From positions 1 through 60,527 of the IMG/VR virus record IMGVR_UViG_3300043811_000231: a DNA stretch of 60,527 bases. One strand, given 5' to 3'. A program made the translations under genes and the position numbers. Below the pieces are notes generated by a model. It ran no database searches. It was not told the origin of the DNA and worked only from the letters and a program-made list of their open reading frames with translations. Below are positions 20,291 to 30,910 of this stretch, piece by piece (position 1 is the stretch's first letter; every line of letters starts with the position of its first letter). Source of the stretch: a virus. Lineage: Duplodnaviria > Caudoviricetes.

Positions 20291-20603
20291 GTCAAATGCT
20301 CGCTTGGCGAGTCATTTGTCCATGTTTGTAAAAAGTCAAGCTTTTTCGTGTAAAAACGTGTGAAAACACGAACGGAGGGTAAAATCGCGTATTTTCTGCC
20401 ATAAGATTGTTAGGACTATGTTAAATCATAGGATATACTTTAACATAACCTCAACTATTTTTATGGAGAAAGTTGGAGATTTGCAAAACAAACCCTCCGT
20501 CATAGGTAAGGCATCCGGCCAAACACCCCAAAACCCCTCGTTTTTGAGGCACGACTCTTTTTTAGTGTTGCATATTTTAGTGATCGATATTTTAGAATTT
20601 TGA

Positions 20604-21311
20604 ATGCCAATCAAAAATATATCTAACACGGTAAAAGCCAAAAGAGCCTCGGCGTTCGCAAATGCGTTGTCCCTTCCGGCCGGTAGGGTACACTGTATAT
20701 TCTCATATCAATCAGTAGGTAACAGCTCTGGAATCGTTAAAAACGTGTATTCCACAAGAGAGGAAGGAGATTTTGTTGATACAGTTCATGAGATTGAACG
20801 TATGGTGGAAGGTAAACGCAAGCTGAGCCATCCCGGAGACGGGCGGTCTCGCCCTATTGGGGTAGTTCAGTTTGTTGACCTGGCAGGTGCCCAGGCATAT
20901 GCCCGCCGAGGACAATTAAAGCTCCCTGAAGTGGGCTACGTTTGGCCATCCACTAAAGCGGCCGCGCTAGATTTAGGCGTGTCTCCCGCGTCCCTTTGTG
21001 TGCTTTTTTCACGTGCCAGGCGGGCAGCAGATGGGATTGACTCTAAGATTGTCGTGCGCGGCATTCAACTAGCCTTTACAAATCGGCCCGGTTGGCAGGA
21101 TGCATCCGGCAAGCCGGTCCGAGGCGAAAAATTTGTCCATGGTAAGAAAAACACCACTTTTGAGGAACGTTCCAAGGCGGGCAAACGCCTTTCAATGGAG
21201 GAGACTGCGACGATTTTCAAGTCGGAGAAACCGGGTGTTTGGGTTGACCCGAACGTATACGGTCCGATGCGCGAGACGTTGCCTAAAGCCGGAGAGGGGG
21301 AGAAACGTTAA
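20604..21311 (+). CDS. Protein with NUMOD1/HTH-like DNA-binding domain
   Basis: VWPSTKAAALDLGVSPASL...SRARR motif, paralogous to 33349..33765. Confidence 0.55.
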   Translation: MPIKNISNTVKAKRASAFANALSLPAGRVHCIFSYQSVGNSSGIVKNVYSTREEGDFVDTVHEIERMVEGKRKLSHPGDGRSRPIGVVQFVDLAGAQAYARRGQLKLPEVGYVWPSTKAAALDLGVSPASLCVLFSRARRAADGIDSKIVVRGIQLAFTNRPGWQDASGKPVRGEKFVHGKKNTTFEERSKAGKRLSMEETATIFKSEKPGVWVDPNVYGPMRETLPKAGEGEKR

Positions 21312-21312
21312 T

Positions 21313-21654
21313 ATGGACACAAACCCAAAAAACCCTCCGCCTTATCGGCCCGTCGCTTTTGGCGAGCCTTGCCCAAAGTGGGCAAAGAAGTGCCGGATTC
21401 TTGGCTTAGAAGTCCCGATTTGGGCGCGGCCGGACTTAAAAATGCTCTGTTTAGACTTCCCTTCTCACTGTGTGTGGTTGTGCCGTCGTGAGCGTCTGGA
21501 CGCGGCGCCGGATATGCCGGACAGGTTTGAATACGAGCTTGGGCACGGTCTGACTTTGGAAAAAGCGGAGCAAGCTGTCTGGGCGGGATGGGAAGTGTTT
21601 TTACTTCAGGGTTGCGGAAAGACTCAAAGTGAAAAGGACTTGGACAAAGTCTGA
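21313..21654 (+). CDS. Hypothetical protein
   Basis: Tightly follows previous gene. Confidence 0.5.
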   Translation: MDTNPKNPPPYRPVAFGEPCPKWAKKCRILGLEVPIWARPDLKMLCLDFPSHCVWLCRRERLDAAPDMPDRFEYELGHGLTLEKAEQAVWAGWEVFLLQGCGKTQSEKDLDKV

Positions 21655-21794
21655 CTTTTGGAAGGCCAACGCTCTTTTCCTCCGTGGAAACTATTTTCCA
21701 AAAAGCCTAAAATAAATGTTGCAATGTTGCACGGTTTATGATTCTCTCCGTGCTGTTGGCAGGCAATCCCGCCGGCCGACAAATCCACGACGAA

Positions 21795-22115
21795 ATGAAT
21801 ACATTCCAACTCTTACAAACCTTCCCATTGCGTTCACCTGAGCGCAATACCGTTACCCTGGCAAACCGGGCAACGGCGGATACAATTTTTGGCGGAATGT
21901 CTGCTCTTTTGATTGCGAAACGAGCTGACAAGCTGAACGTGCAATTTGCAGAAGCATCCTCTGCGTACGAAATCGTTGCCGATGTTTACTCGCGGAGCAC
22001 GGGCAAACGCTCCGTTCGCTTTGGCGCATGGGAATGCCCGGAATGCGGATCCGTTCACGTTGGTCAGGACAACGCGTTGAGATGCTGCGCTTATAACGAG
22101 GAGGAAAACCAATGA
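21795..22115 (+). CDS. Hypothetical protein with C-terminal CxxC zinc ribbon
   Basis: WECPECG...ALRCC. Confidence 0.6.
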   Translation: MNTFQLLQTFPLRSPERNTVTLANRATADTIFGGMSALLIAKRADKLNVQFAEASSAYEIVADVYSRSTGKRSVRFGAWECPECGSVHVGQDNALRCCAYNEEENQ

Positions 22116-22462
22116 ACACCCCTACACCCTGGGAAATTGGACACCAACTAGGTGACGGTTTTTCTATCGTTCACGAAATAGCACCTAATTGTGGAAAGTT
22201 GCTTTGCCTTGCAACCGTGCACAACACAGGTGGATGGCCTGTTCATGGTTTCCCGCTTAATGATGAAATCGCAAAAGCCAACCGGGATTTTATTATCCGC
22301 GCATGTAACTCCTATGCGGAGCTGCTTGCGGCTCTGCGCGATTTAGTCGAAAGCGCATCTCACGACCTAGAGCAAACAGGGTATCCGCACGATCAGGCAA
22401 TGCTGACCTTAGCCCATATTGATGCGGCAAACGAGGCAATTACCAAAGCAACCGCATCCTAA
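22112..22462 (+). CDS. Hypothetical early protein (TP.PW...AN..FI..A family)
   Basis: Motif shared with the next gene. Confidence 0.65.
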   Translation: MNTPTPWEIGHQLGDGFSIVHEIAPNCGKLLCLATVHNTGGWPVHGFPLNDEIAKANRDFIIRACNSYAELLAALRDLVESASHDLEQTGYPHDQAMLTLAHIDAANEAITKATAS

Positions 22463-22536
22463 GCAATTCCGCTTCGTCGTGGAATCTGCTCCGAAACGGT
22501 GAGGACCCGGGCAGATGCGACGGGCACAAAAACAAT

Positions 22537-22845
22537 ATGAACGTAAAAACGACGCACACACCAGGCCCTTGGCATATCGGCACGCGACCCGGCCCAATCA
22601 TCTATGGCCCGCAAGGCGAGGAAGTGAGAGACATGCGCGGGAGTCTCTTGGCTCCAGCTGAACACTTCGCAAACATCCGGCTAATCGCCTCCGCGCCGGA
22701 GCTGTTGGCGGCATTGCAAGATTTAATGCCGGGTGTTGAGGCTTACGCGGATTCAGTTAAGAACGATGAATATCGCTCAATGTGGGTGAATCAAATCGCA
22801 AAAGCCCGCGCCGCTGTCCTGAAAGCAACGGGAGGGCAGTCGTGA
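22537..22845 (+). CDS. Hypothetical early protein (HTPGPW...ANIRLIASAPELLAAL family)
   Basis: Widespread phage motif. Confidence 0.7.
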   Translation: MNVKTTHTPGPWHIGTRPGPIIYGPQGEEVRDMRGSLLAPAEHFANIRLIASAPELLAALQDLMPGVEAYADSVKNDEYRSMWVNQIAKARAAVLKATGGQS

Positions 22846-23108
22846 AAACCTACCTTGTCACGCTTTCTCACGACAAAGGCCGCGTCAAAATCCTGACTCG
22901 CGCAGCGTCCTACCAAAACGCGATTACCAATGTTTGCGCTGCTGAACGGGCGCCGGAGTCGGCGGTTTGTTCGGTCTGCGTCAAGGAAACTCAAAGGCAG
23001 TCACGGCGAGCGGTTAAGCTCTGCCAGGATCACGCATTCGACTGCGGAAACTAATTTCAGCACACACCGCGAATGCGGCGCCGCCCGGCGTAAAACGGAT
23101 TCACAGCG

Positions 23109-23537
23109 ATGAAAACACAAACCTTAAAAACAGAATTCGTCAGGATTCCACGAGTCGGATTCGTGGAGCCTTATTCAGTCGATCCGCTCAACCGGGCTCA
23201 TGTTTCGGCGTTGATCAAGCGTGCAGAGTCGTACTTTCTTCTAGCGGCAAAAGACTGGGAAACCGGGAATAATTCCGGGGACTCAAAGTTTTACCGGCGC
23301 ATGGAAAGGCAGTGCGCAGCGCTGCGGTCCAATGGTGCGACATTGCTTGCGCAGTTCGACATTAAAACGGATTTCCCCGGTCTTTACCCACACTTCACCG
23401 TGAACGGATTTGACGAGCACACGGTGACGGCCGCAGTCTTGGCCGCAATCGGCCATCCTCGGAACTGGCTGAGCCCAGTTAAACCAAGCCAGCACTTTTC
23501 AGATCATTGCACGGGCGGCGAAGGAGAGCCCGCATAA
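23109..23537 (+). CDS. Hypothetical early protein
   Basis: ORF in early operon. Confidence 0.55.
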   Translation: MKTQTLKTEFVRIPRVGFVEPYSVDPLNRAHVSALIKRAESYFLLAAKDWETGNNSGDSKFYRRMERQCAALRSNGATLLAQFDIKTDFPGLYPHFTVNGFDEHTVTAAVLAAIGHPRNWLSPVKPSQHFSDHCTGGEGEPA

Positions 23538-23705
23538 CCCTTTCCATCGCTGGAACTGCCCCGCCGAAAGCTGCAAGCGAGTAGGCGGCCAACAGCGAAA
23601 CAATAAAATCTAAACCTCTTTGCGCCTCAGTCCCGCAAACCTTGCCGCCGGCCAGGGCGTACTAAACTAGCCGGACGCAGCCGGCGGCAAACGGGCTGCC
23701 TTAAA

Positions 23706-24161
23706 ATGAAAAAACCACTCGTTATCTTTACTCAGCTCTTTTCTTTGGTATTTTGGGCGGTCCTGGGATGGCTCATTCTGACCAAGTGCACGGGTTGTGC
23801 CTCCGTACCTTCCGCGGCCGGCATGCCGACACCCCAGGACACAAACGGGCATGCGGTAAAGTTTGCCCGCGATTATGCAGAGCAGCGCCCTGGCTCAGAG
23901 ATCCTGTTTGGAAAAGGTGTCTCGATGCAGCCGTTTCTTACGTCCGGCATGGCGGTTGTCGTTGCACCGGCGCCGTATTCAACCTTGCGCCGAGGCGATC
24001 CGGTTGTTTACCGTCGCAAAAACGGGCTGCTGGTGTGCCACGTTATTACTGGTTGGTGCCTGAGAGGGTACATTGTGCAGGGTCTAAACAACGAAAAATG
24101 GGACGCAGAATGCGTAACGCCGCAAAACTATATCGGCGTACTTGTTGCGGCATTCAAATGA
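23706..24161 (+). CDS. Signal peptidase I, S26B (SipW/Sec11-type, Ser-His)
   Basis: N-terminal TM/lipobox-like anchor; GVSMQP (catalytic Ser), RGDPVVY, VCHVI (His), QGLNN..WD box. Confidence 0.8.
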   Translation: MKKPLVIFTQLFSLVFWAVLGWLILTKCTGCASVPSAAGMPTPQDTNGHAVKFARDYAEQRPGSEILFGKGVSMQPFLTSGMAVVVAPAPYSTLRRGDPVVYRRKNGLLVCHVITGWCLRGYIVQGLNNEKWDAECVTPQNYIGVLVAAFK

Positions 24162-26422
24162 ACTTGGCAATTCGCATTCTTCCGTTTGGAAAAACACCGG
24201 AGGGTAGGCGGAAGTACGCGTACCAACTCATTAACACTGTTACTCTCCGGACCATCCGGCAGTTGACTGAAAGCCAAGCGGAAGCCATGCGAAGCGAATT
24301 GATTCCAATAGTTCAGATCGAAGCGCCGCAATGAAAACACACTTTGAACAGCGAAACGATCCGCGATTAGCGAGCCCAAGGCTCTGTCTTGTCGTTCAAA
24401 CGGGGAATTTCAGGGCGCCGCGCGTCGTCCTGTTCGCGGCCAGTCCTATCCGCCCCGACAACGGAGCCAAACGCGCATAATTTATGAATGAGCATGTTAC
24501 AACACCGAGCCTCGGCAAAGAGTATCGTATGCGCTGGACGCGCGGGCAACTTGCTGAAATTGGAATTTTAGCGCGGGTGGACGAAGTTCTCGACCTTCCA
24601 AAAAGCACCCGGATAATCGAATTTGCCTGCCGATGGGATGGCACGCCTGTCGGCCTTGGCCGCGAAGTGGTGGAAGCTTTTGAAGCCTATCGAAAGAGAC
24701 ATGCTTGGAATATCGACTTTGGTTTATTCATTCTCCGTTCGTTATGACCCCCGAAATTTTCTGCCTCTGCGAAGCCGTCACGATCAAGCACGGCCAGCTG
24801 TGCATCCTGCACACGATCCTAAACGGGAGCTTCCCGCAGGCTCCGGCATTTGTGTCGGTGGCGTTGGCTGCCAAGGTGCGCTTTATGCACAACGAAGAAG
24901 GGGTGCATCGCCTTGAAACGGAAGCGACCAATGCGGACGGTGCGGTGGTGTGGCGCGGCGAAGTTCAAGAGATGAAAGTCTTCGTGGACCGCCAGGAAGC
25001 GCAATACGCTCAGACGGCGTGGCAGGTTGCGGCCGAGTTTTGGCCGGGCACGCACGAATTTTTCCTCCGGGTGGACGGAACAGTAATCGCATCGGCGCTG
25101 TTTGCCGTGCTGGTGCAACCGCCCCAATGAATTGTCAGGCCCGCTCGTAAACTCGCCGACTCGCCATAGATAAAATTGATGAAAGCTGCAACGAGGAGCT
25201 GTCCGCCGTCCTGAAAGACGGCTGGTTAACAACACTAGGAAATTAGAACGGGCCTGACATTTTCTTTAAAATAAATGTTGCATTGTTTGAAAATGCAATT
25301 TAGCGGTAGCACGACAATGAAACACACCACCAAAGTTGGCGATTTTGTGCGCGTTTGCTATGATGCCGTTCGTTACAAAGGCTCTCCCGTCCGCGATATT
25401 GATGAACCCGCATCCTTGGGAGTTGAGCGGCTTAAAGTCCAGGCAGTGCGGCGGCACGTTATCAAAACCGTGCACGGCTTCCACCGTTCATGGGTTCGCG
25501 TCAAATGACCGAGTATGAAATCCATTTTCAACACTCGAACTCCGCTCACTTGTCTCCAGGCAAAATCGGCTGCTTCTCTGTCGAGGCTGCTCATGAGCAG
25601 ATCACCCAGCTCAAAGACCTCGGCCACGAAATCCTTAAAGTAGAAACTCACGAATGCGAAAACGCCGCAAACGAATGACGCTCACTGAGCGGGTGATCGG
25701 GTTCCTCAACCGGCACCCGTTCTTTTCGCTGGGGGAAATTTCGCGCGGCCTTCGCGCCAACCCGGTTGCGATCAAGTCGATTCTCCGCCGTGGACTTGCC
25801 GCCGGCCGCTTTACGCGCGCCAGGTTCAAAGATACGAAGCCCGACCGCTACGTTTGGTTTTACGCAAATGACTAAGCTAATTGTCATTTTCATTCTTTTG
25901 ATGAGCTTGTGGGTTTGGCGCAAATGTGCCCGTCTGTTGCGCGAAGCTGAACACGAGTTGCAAAGCGAGTACCAGCGCACCGAACAGTTAAAACGACAAA
26001 ACCGACGCAGCAAATTTCTTCCGCCCAAGCTATGAACATTCACGACCGCGCCCGGCAGATGGTTGCCCAGTCTCGTGGGCCGATGAGCCGCGAAGAGGCT
26101 TACTCAGAGCTTGCACGGCGCGCCGGCAAGCGAGCAAGAAACCGTCGATTGAAAAAAGCTTACAAGCCCGATATATCCAAAGTTCGTTTACCCTACGCCG
26201 ACAATGACTGAAGCAGACCAAAAAGAACTCGAAGCTTTTCGCAAACACCTTGCTTGGCTTCTCGAAATAAAAGCTCTGGTACTCTTCAAAGACGGCTCTG
26301 ACTGGTGCGCTGTGCGCCCCGATTTTACCAATCTTGAAGAGAGTCCCGCATGGTTCGGGAATACTCGAATTGACGCTATTCTGCACGCGGAAACCCAACC
26401 TACCGGCGCATATTATTCATAA
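24158..26422 (+). other. Cluster of small, tightly coupled hypothetical early genes (24158-24334, 24331-24480, 24484-24747, 24744-25130, 25317-25508, 25505-25678, 25675-25875, 25868-26035, 26204-26422)
   Basis: Successive ATGA overlaps; 25675-25875 is winged-HTH-like; 25868-26035 has one TM helix. Confidence 0.55.
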
Positions 26423-27000
26423 TGCACCTTTTCCTCGACACTGAAACCACGGGCATTTTCAATTTCCGCTGCCCGATCGATCACCCGGCGCAGACGCGGG
26501 TGGTTCAGCTGGGCATGATCATGGCGGATGAAGACCGGCACGCGGTGGCAGAGCTCAATCTGCTGGTGAAACCGGACGGCTGGGAGATCCCGGCCGAAGC
26601 CTCCGCAGTGCACGGTATCACGACAAAAATGTGCGAGCGGTACGGATTACCTATTAAGCACATTCTACCCTTGTTTACGTCGCTTTGGAGCAGAGCCGAC
26701 CTTTTAGTCGCCCACAGTTTTGCGTTCGATTCGAACATGCTGCAGCGGGAATATTTTCTAATGGGTTTGGACGGCCTCGGTGCGGTATTTGCTGAAAAGG
26801 AGCACTACTGCACCATGCTTTCGTCAACGGACATTCTCAACCTTCAGGGACCGTACGGCGCCAAGTGGCCAAAGCTCATGGAAGTTTATAAGCACGCATT
26901 CGGGAAAGAATTTTCCGGGGCACATGACGCCATGGCGGACGTGCGCGCCTGCCAGGAAGTGTTTTACTGGCTCAGACAAAACCCCACCAACCCAGTCTGA
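26422..27000 (+). CDS. DEDDh 3'-5' exonuclease (DnaQ/Pol III epsilon-like)
   Basis: FLDTETTG, VHGIT, LVAHSFAFD, AHDAMADV motifs. Confidence 0.93.
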   Translation: MHLFLDTETTGIFNFRCPIDHPAQTRVVQLGMIMADEDRHAVAELNLLVKPDGWEIPAEASAVHGITTKMCERYGLPIKHILPLFTSLWSRADLLVAHSFAFDSNMLQREYFLMGLDGLGAVFAEKEHYCTMLSSTDILNLQGPYGAKWPKLMEVYKHAFGKEFSGAHDAMADVRACQEVFYWLRQNPTNPV

Positions 27001-27159
27001 TGCCCGAAGCCCTCTACAGTTCCGCCATTTACAGCTCCGAAAACATCCTTTGGTGCGGTTATTGGATCGCGGTGAAGTTCAATGCTCCACTCGAAACACA
27101 AACCAATCTGCTCAAGCGATACGAAGAAGAGATGGCATCCAAATTCAAACAAACCACCA

Positions 27160-30100
27160 ATGAAAACCGAGAACGCCCAACACCTCCGCCAAGCAGCTAA
27201 GCTAATCCGTGCACATGCAGCTATGTTAGCTGTCAGTCACTCAATAGGCGGAGCTTGGCCGTATCCGTACCAGAAACGCGAATATGAAGAGTACCTATCA
27301 GTCGCGCGCAACTTAATCCGAATTTCCAAACTCAAACATCCATGAAGACCGCGATCTATATCGAAGACGGAGTGGTGCAGCTTATACTCACCCCAGAAAA
27401 TGCGTTCGAAAAGAACGCGCTTAAATCGTTTTATGAAAAGCCGCTCGACGTGAAAATGTTCGAGGGCACCTTCTATGATTGCAATGGAGGTTGGAGCCGA
27501 CACCAGGAGACTTTCAGGCACACCACCTGCGGGCCGTTCGGTGAAAAGAGAGTGCCCGACAGCTTGATGTTCCGCATCGAAGAAGCCAAACCTTCACCAG
27601 CTCCTGTTAGCGAACCTCCGCTATGACTAGGCTCGAAAAACTTCTCAACCGCTGTTTTCAGCACAAGGTCGTCGTCAACTGCGACCGCGATCCGTACCTG
27701 TACCGCTGGTACATTTTCCGTACGAAACGCGTGGCATTGTTCCTGCACAAGTTTGTGCGTTCGGACGAAGACCGGGCGCTCCACGATCATCCTTGGGCCT
27801 TCCTCGTGATCCCGATTTGGCGCGGGTACGTCGAGCACATTCAAAAACGAGTCAGTCGTCGTACTCAACCGTCGGTTAAAAATGGTTTTCAGTGGCACGA
27901 AAATTGGGTAACAACCGAACCGAGTAAACGCCGAGTCTGGCCTATTATCGGCATGCGGTACCGGCGCGCAACGTACCGGCACCGGGTTGAGCTGTTCAGG
28001 CAAGTCTTAAAACGACGCGGATCGTGGATAATCCAAACTAAGGAACTCCCGTCCTGGTCCTTTTTCTTCCGATTCCGCGAAACACGCACCTGGGGATTTT
28101 GGCCCAAGGAAGGTTTCATTGCTTGGAACAAATGGTGGCAAAACAACTGCGAATGAATCCGAATCCACCCGCGCAAACGCCATGAGCACCGACAAAGATG
28201 ACGGAAATCCATTTCTTACCTGTGCGTTATCTGGGTTTATACCAATGATGGTTGGAGGATTCATTGCTGGAGTTTATACTCACGGCGAAGAAGCTGCGAT
28301 ACGCACTGGCATGATATTTTCTATGATCGTCGGCCTTTTCGTGTGGTGGTTATGGCAGACAGTAAAAATCTTTAAGGACAAACCATGACCCCACCCACCC
28401 CGCAGCAGCAGACGGCGACGCCGATTTCTGACACGCCTCGAACAGATGCGATTGCAATACGGTTGCTGTCAATGATGGACATGCCACGTTCTCAATCTTG
28501 CGAGTTACTAATTCACGCTTCTCAGCTCGAACGCGACCTCGCCGCTGCGCAAGCGGAGTTGGCATCCGCGCGTGACGCTTTAGAGGAAATAAGCACAGTG
28601 GCGCATTGCATATCGAAAGCCGGTCAGTTAGACACACCAGACCTAGCTTCAGCGTGGAATAAATTTGATCGAATTTCTGTGATGGCCACAAACGCAATTT
28701 GGAAAATAACCCATAAATCACCATGAGCCTTTACGCGACACCAGAGGAAAGGCTTCAGAACGCAGAAGACTCGCTTGCGTACCTGCGCGATAATATATTA
28801 ATCTTGGAGGCACAGCTCGCCGCCAGCCAGGAGTTGTGCGATGAGCTGGCGGAGGCGTTGAAAGATATGCTGTTTGCGGCTGAGAACGCCGATGAAACGG
28901 GCTATGTTGCGGATGTTGGTTTTATTGAAATCGATGCACTCTACGCAAAAGCCCGTGCCGCCCTCGCCCGCCACGCCTCGGCACGGAAAACAATATGAAC
29001 ACACCTGAAAATCCTCCAGCGTTTCCGCGTCCTGATTTCCATTCAGACAGGTATTACATTTCGCCCGCACAAGAGGGCATGACCCTGCGCGACTGGTTTG
29101 CGGGGCATGCGTTAATTGCCGCAGGGTCAATATTAGCCAACAAGGACGCAAACCCCGCGGAAGCGCAGCTAGTAGCTTCAGACTGTTATCGCATCGCCGA
29201 CGCCATGCTAGCCGAACGCGAAGCCGCCGAGGCACCGAGGCACCTTCCATGAGTCCAGAGCAACAAAAGATTTGCATAGCCGAGGCGTGCGGGTGGCGCA
29301 CAGAACTTTGGACTGCTGGCGGCTGGGCGTGTTATTCACCATCCGGTGAACGGCAAGGATTCGCTGGAACATCTGAGGCGTCAATGCTACTACATGCGCC
29401 CGACTTCTTGCACGACCTGAACGCCATGCACGAGGCGGAGGAGACGCTTAACGCCCATCAATCCATCGCTTACATAGACGAGCTTTTTAAGGTGCGCCAC
29501 GGAGGAAGTTTTAATGGAAAATGGCAGAACATCGTTTTAGCCACCGCCGCCCAACGCGCGGAAGCCTTCCTGCGCACAACCGGAAAGTGGGATGATGCGA
29601 GATGAAAACCGTTAAACAGCTACACGCGGAATGGGCTAATCGTATAATTCCGAAGGATGCCCCGCAAGTTCAACGGCAGGAAATGGAGCGCGCGTTTTAT
29701 AGCGGAGCTTTTGCTGTATTCTCGCTTCAACTGGCCGATGTTGCCGCGTTGCCAGACGACAAGGCAGAGGAAGCGATGGATAAAATCTATAACGAGCTAA
29801 TGGACTATTTCAAGATGATGTTGGCAATTCCACGAAAAGGAGGCGTCGAAAGATCGTGATCCCCCGCCTCCTTCGAGTTTTCCGGCGGTGGTGCAAGGGC
29901 GATTGGTGGCGTGTGCGCAAATCATCTTTTTATCCTGAGACTTGGTATATCGTACAAAAGTATTTCAACATGGAGTCGTCGTCTATTTTCGAGACCCGCC
30001 ATGACGCCCGCGCCGAATGCAGACGGAGGAATTGGCGATGAACGATCCAACCAAACCACCCGGCATTCCCGAAGACTTCGGCGCGATGACTGAACAGGAG

Positions 30101-30702
30101 CGCGAGCTGCGCCGCATCAAAGCGGAGCAAGGCGGCAATCCGGACGTAGCTTTTCAAGAGGAGATGCGCCAGGTCGAAGCTCAGAAAAAGCGCGCGGCCG
30201 AAGCTCGTGCCCAGTACGAACGTGAACAGAAAGAAGCGGCCGGCGGTCCTCCAGCCGTACGCCTGATGCACCTTCTGATTTCCAAGGAAAAAGGAAAATT
30301 CCGGGTGGTTGGAATGTACTCAACCCGCGAGAAAATTGCCTTGGCGATCGGCGAATGCGTCGGCGACTACTCTGCAGCCGGCGCCGTGATCGGAAATGTG
30401 GACCTTGACCTTTCGATCAAGGTGGACGCCCCCGCCCTTCCCCCGTTATGAGTTCCCGTCCCAAAGATACCGTTGAGCTGCGCATGCGCGTCGTGCGCAA
30501 GACGGAGGCCGCGTGCTTGGTGACGGGCGCCCAATTCGCGCTTACGCCGGACGCGCGGAGTTGGTGGGTTCCGCGGAGCCTGATGGGCACCACACGCACC
30601 GAGAAGGATCTGAAAACGCCCACCAACTACGATCTGATCATTTTCACCCTGCCGGAGTGGAAGGTGGACCAAGCTGACCTTTGGGACTATGTGACATCAT
30701 GA
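27160..30702 (+). other. Cluster of small hypothetical genes (27160-27345, 27342-27626, 27623-28156, 28182-28388, 28385-28726, 28723-28998, 28995-29252, 29249-29605, 29602-29859, 29856-30041, 30038-30451, 30448-30702)
   Basis: Chain of start/stop overlaps; common phage motifs LHDHPW (cupin-like), GMTLRDWFA and DLNAMHEAE. Confidence 0.6.
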
Positions 30703-30910
30703 ATCAATTTCAACAACTGGGCCGGTGCGCGGCCACGTGGCATAGACGGGAACTGAAGCGCGGGCAATCCGAGCATAAGAGCAATCCGTCGTGTCCATCT
30801 TTCGTATAGGCGTGCTAAACTAGGCACGACACGGGCCTCCCGGTGCGTAACCAATCGCACTTGTTGATTTTTATCTTGCAACAATCCAACATTTAATCTG
30901 AAACACTCCC

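Noticed and set aside
25127-25260. Retron ncRNA, tmRNA or hammerhead ribozyme identity for the inverted-repeat element
   Set aside because: No reverse transcriptase in the genome, no tRNA-like ends, and the hammerhead core is incomplete
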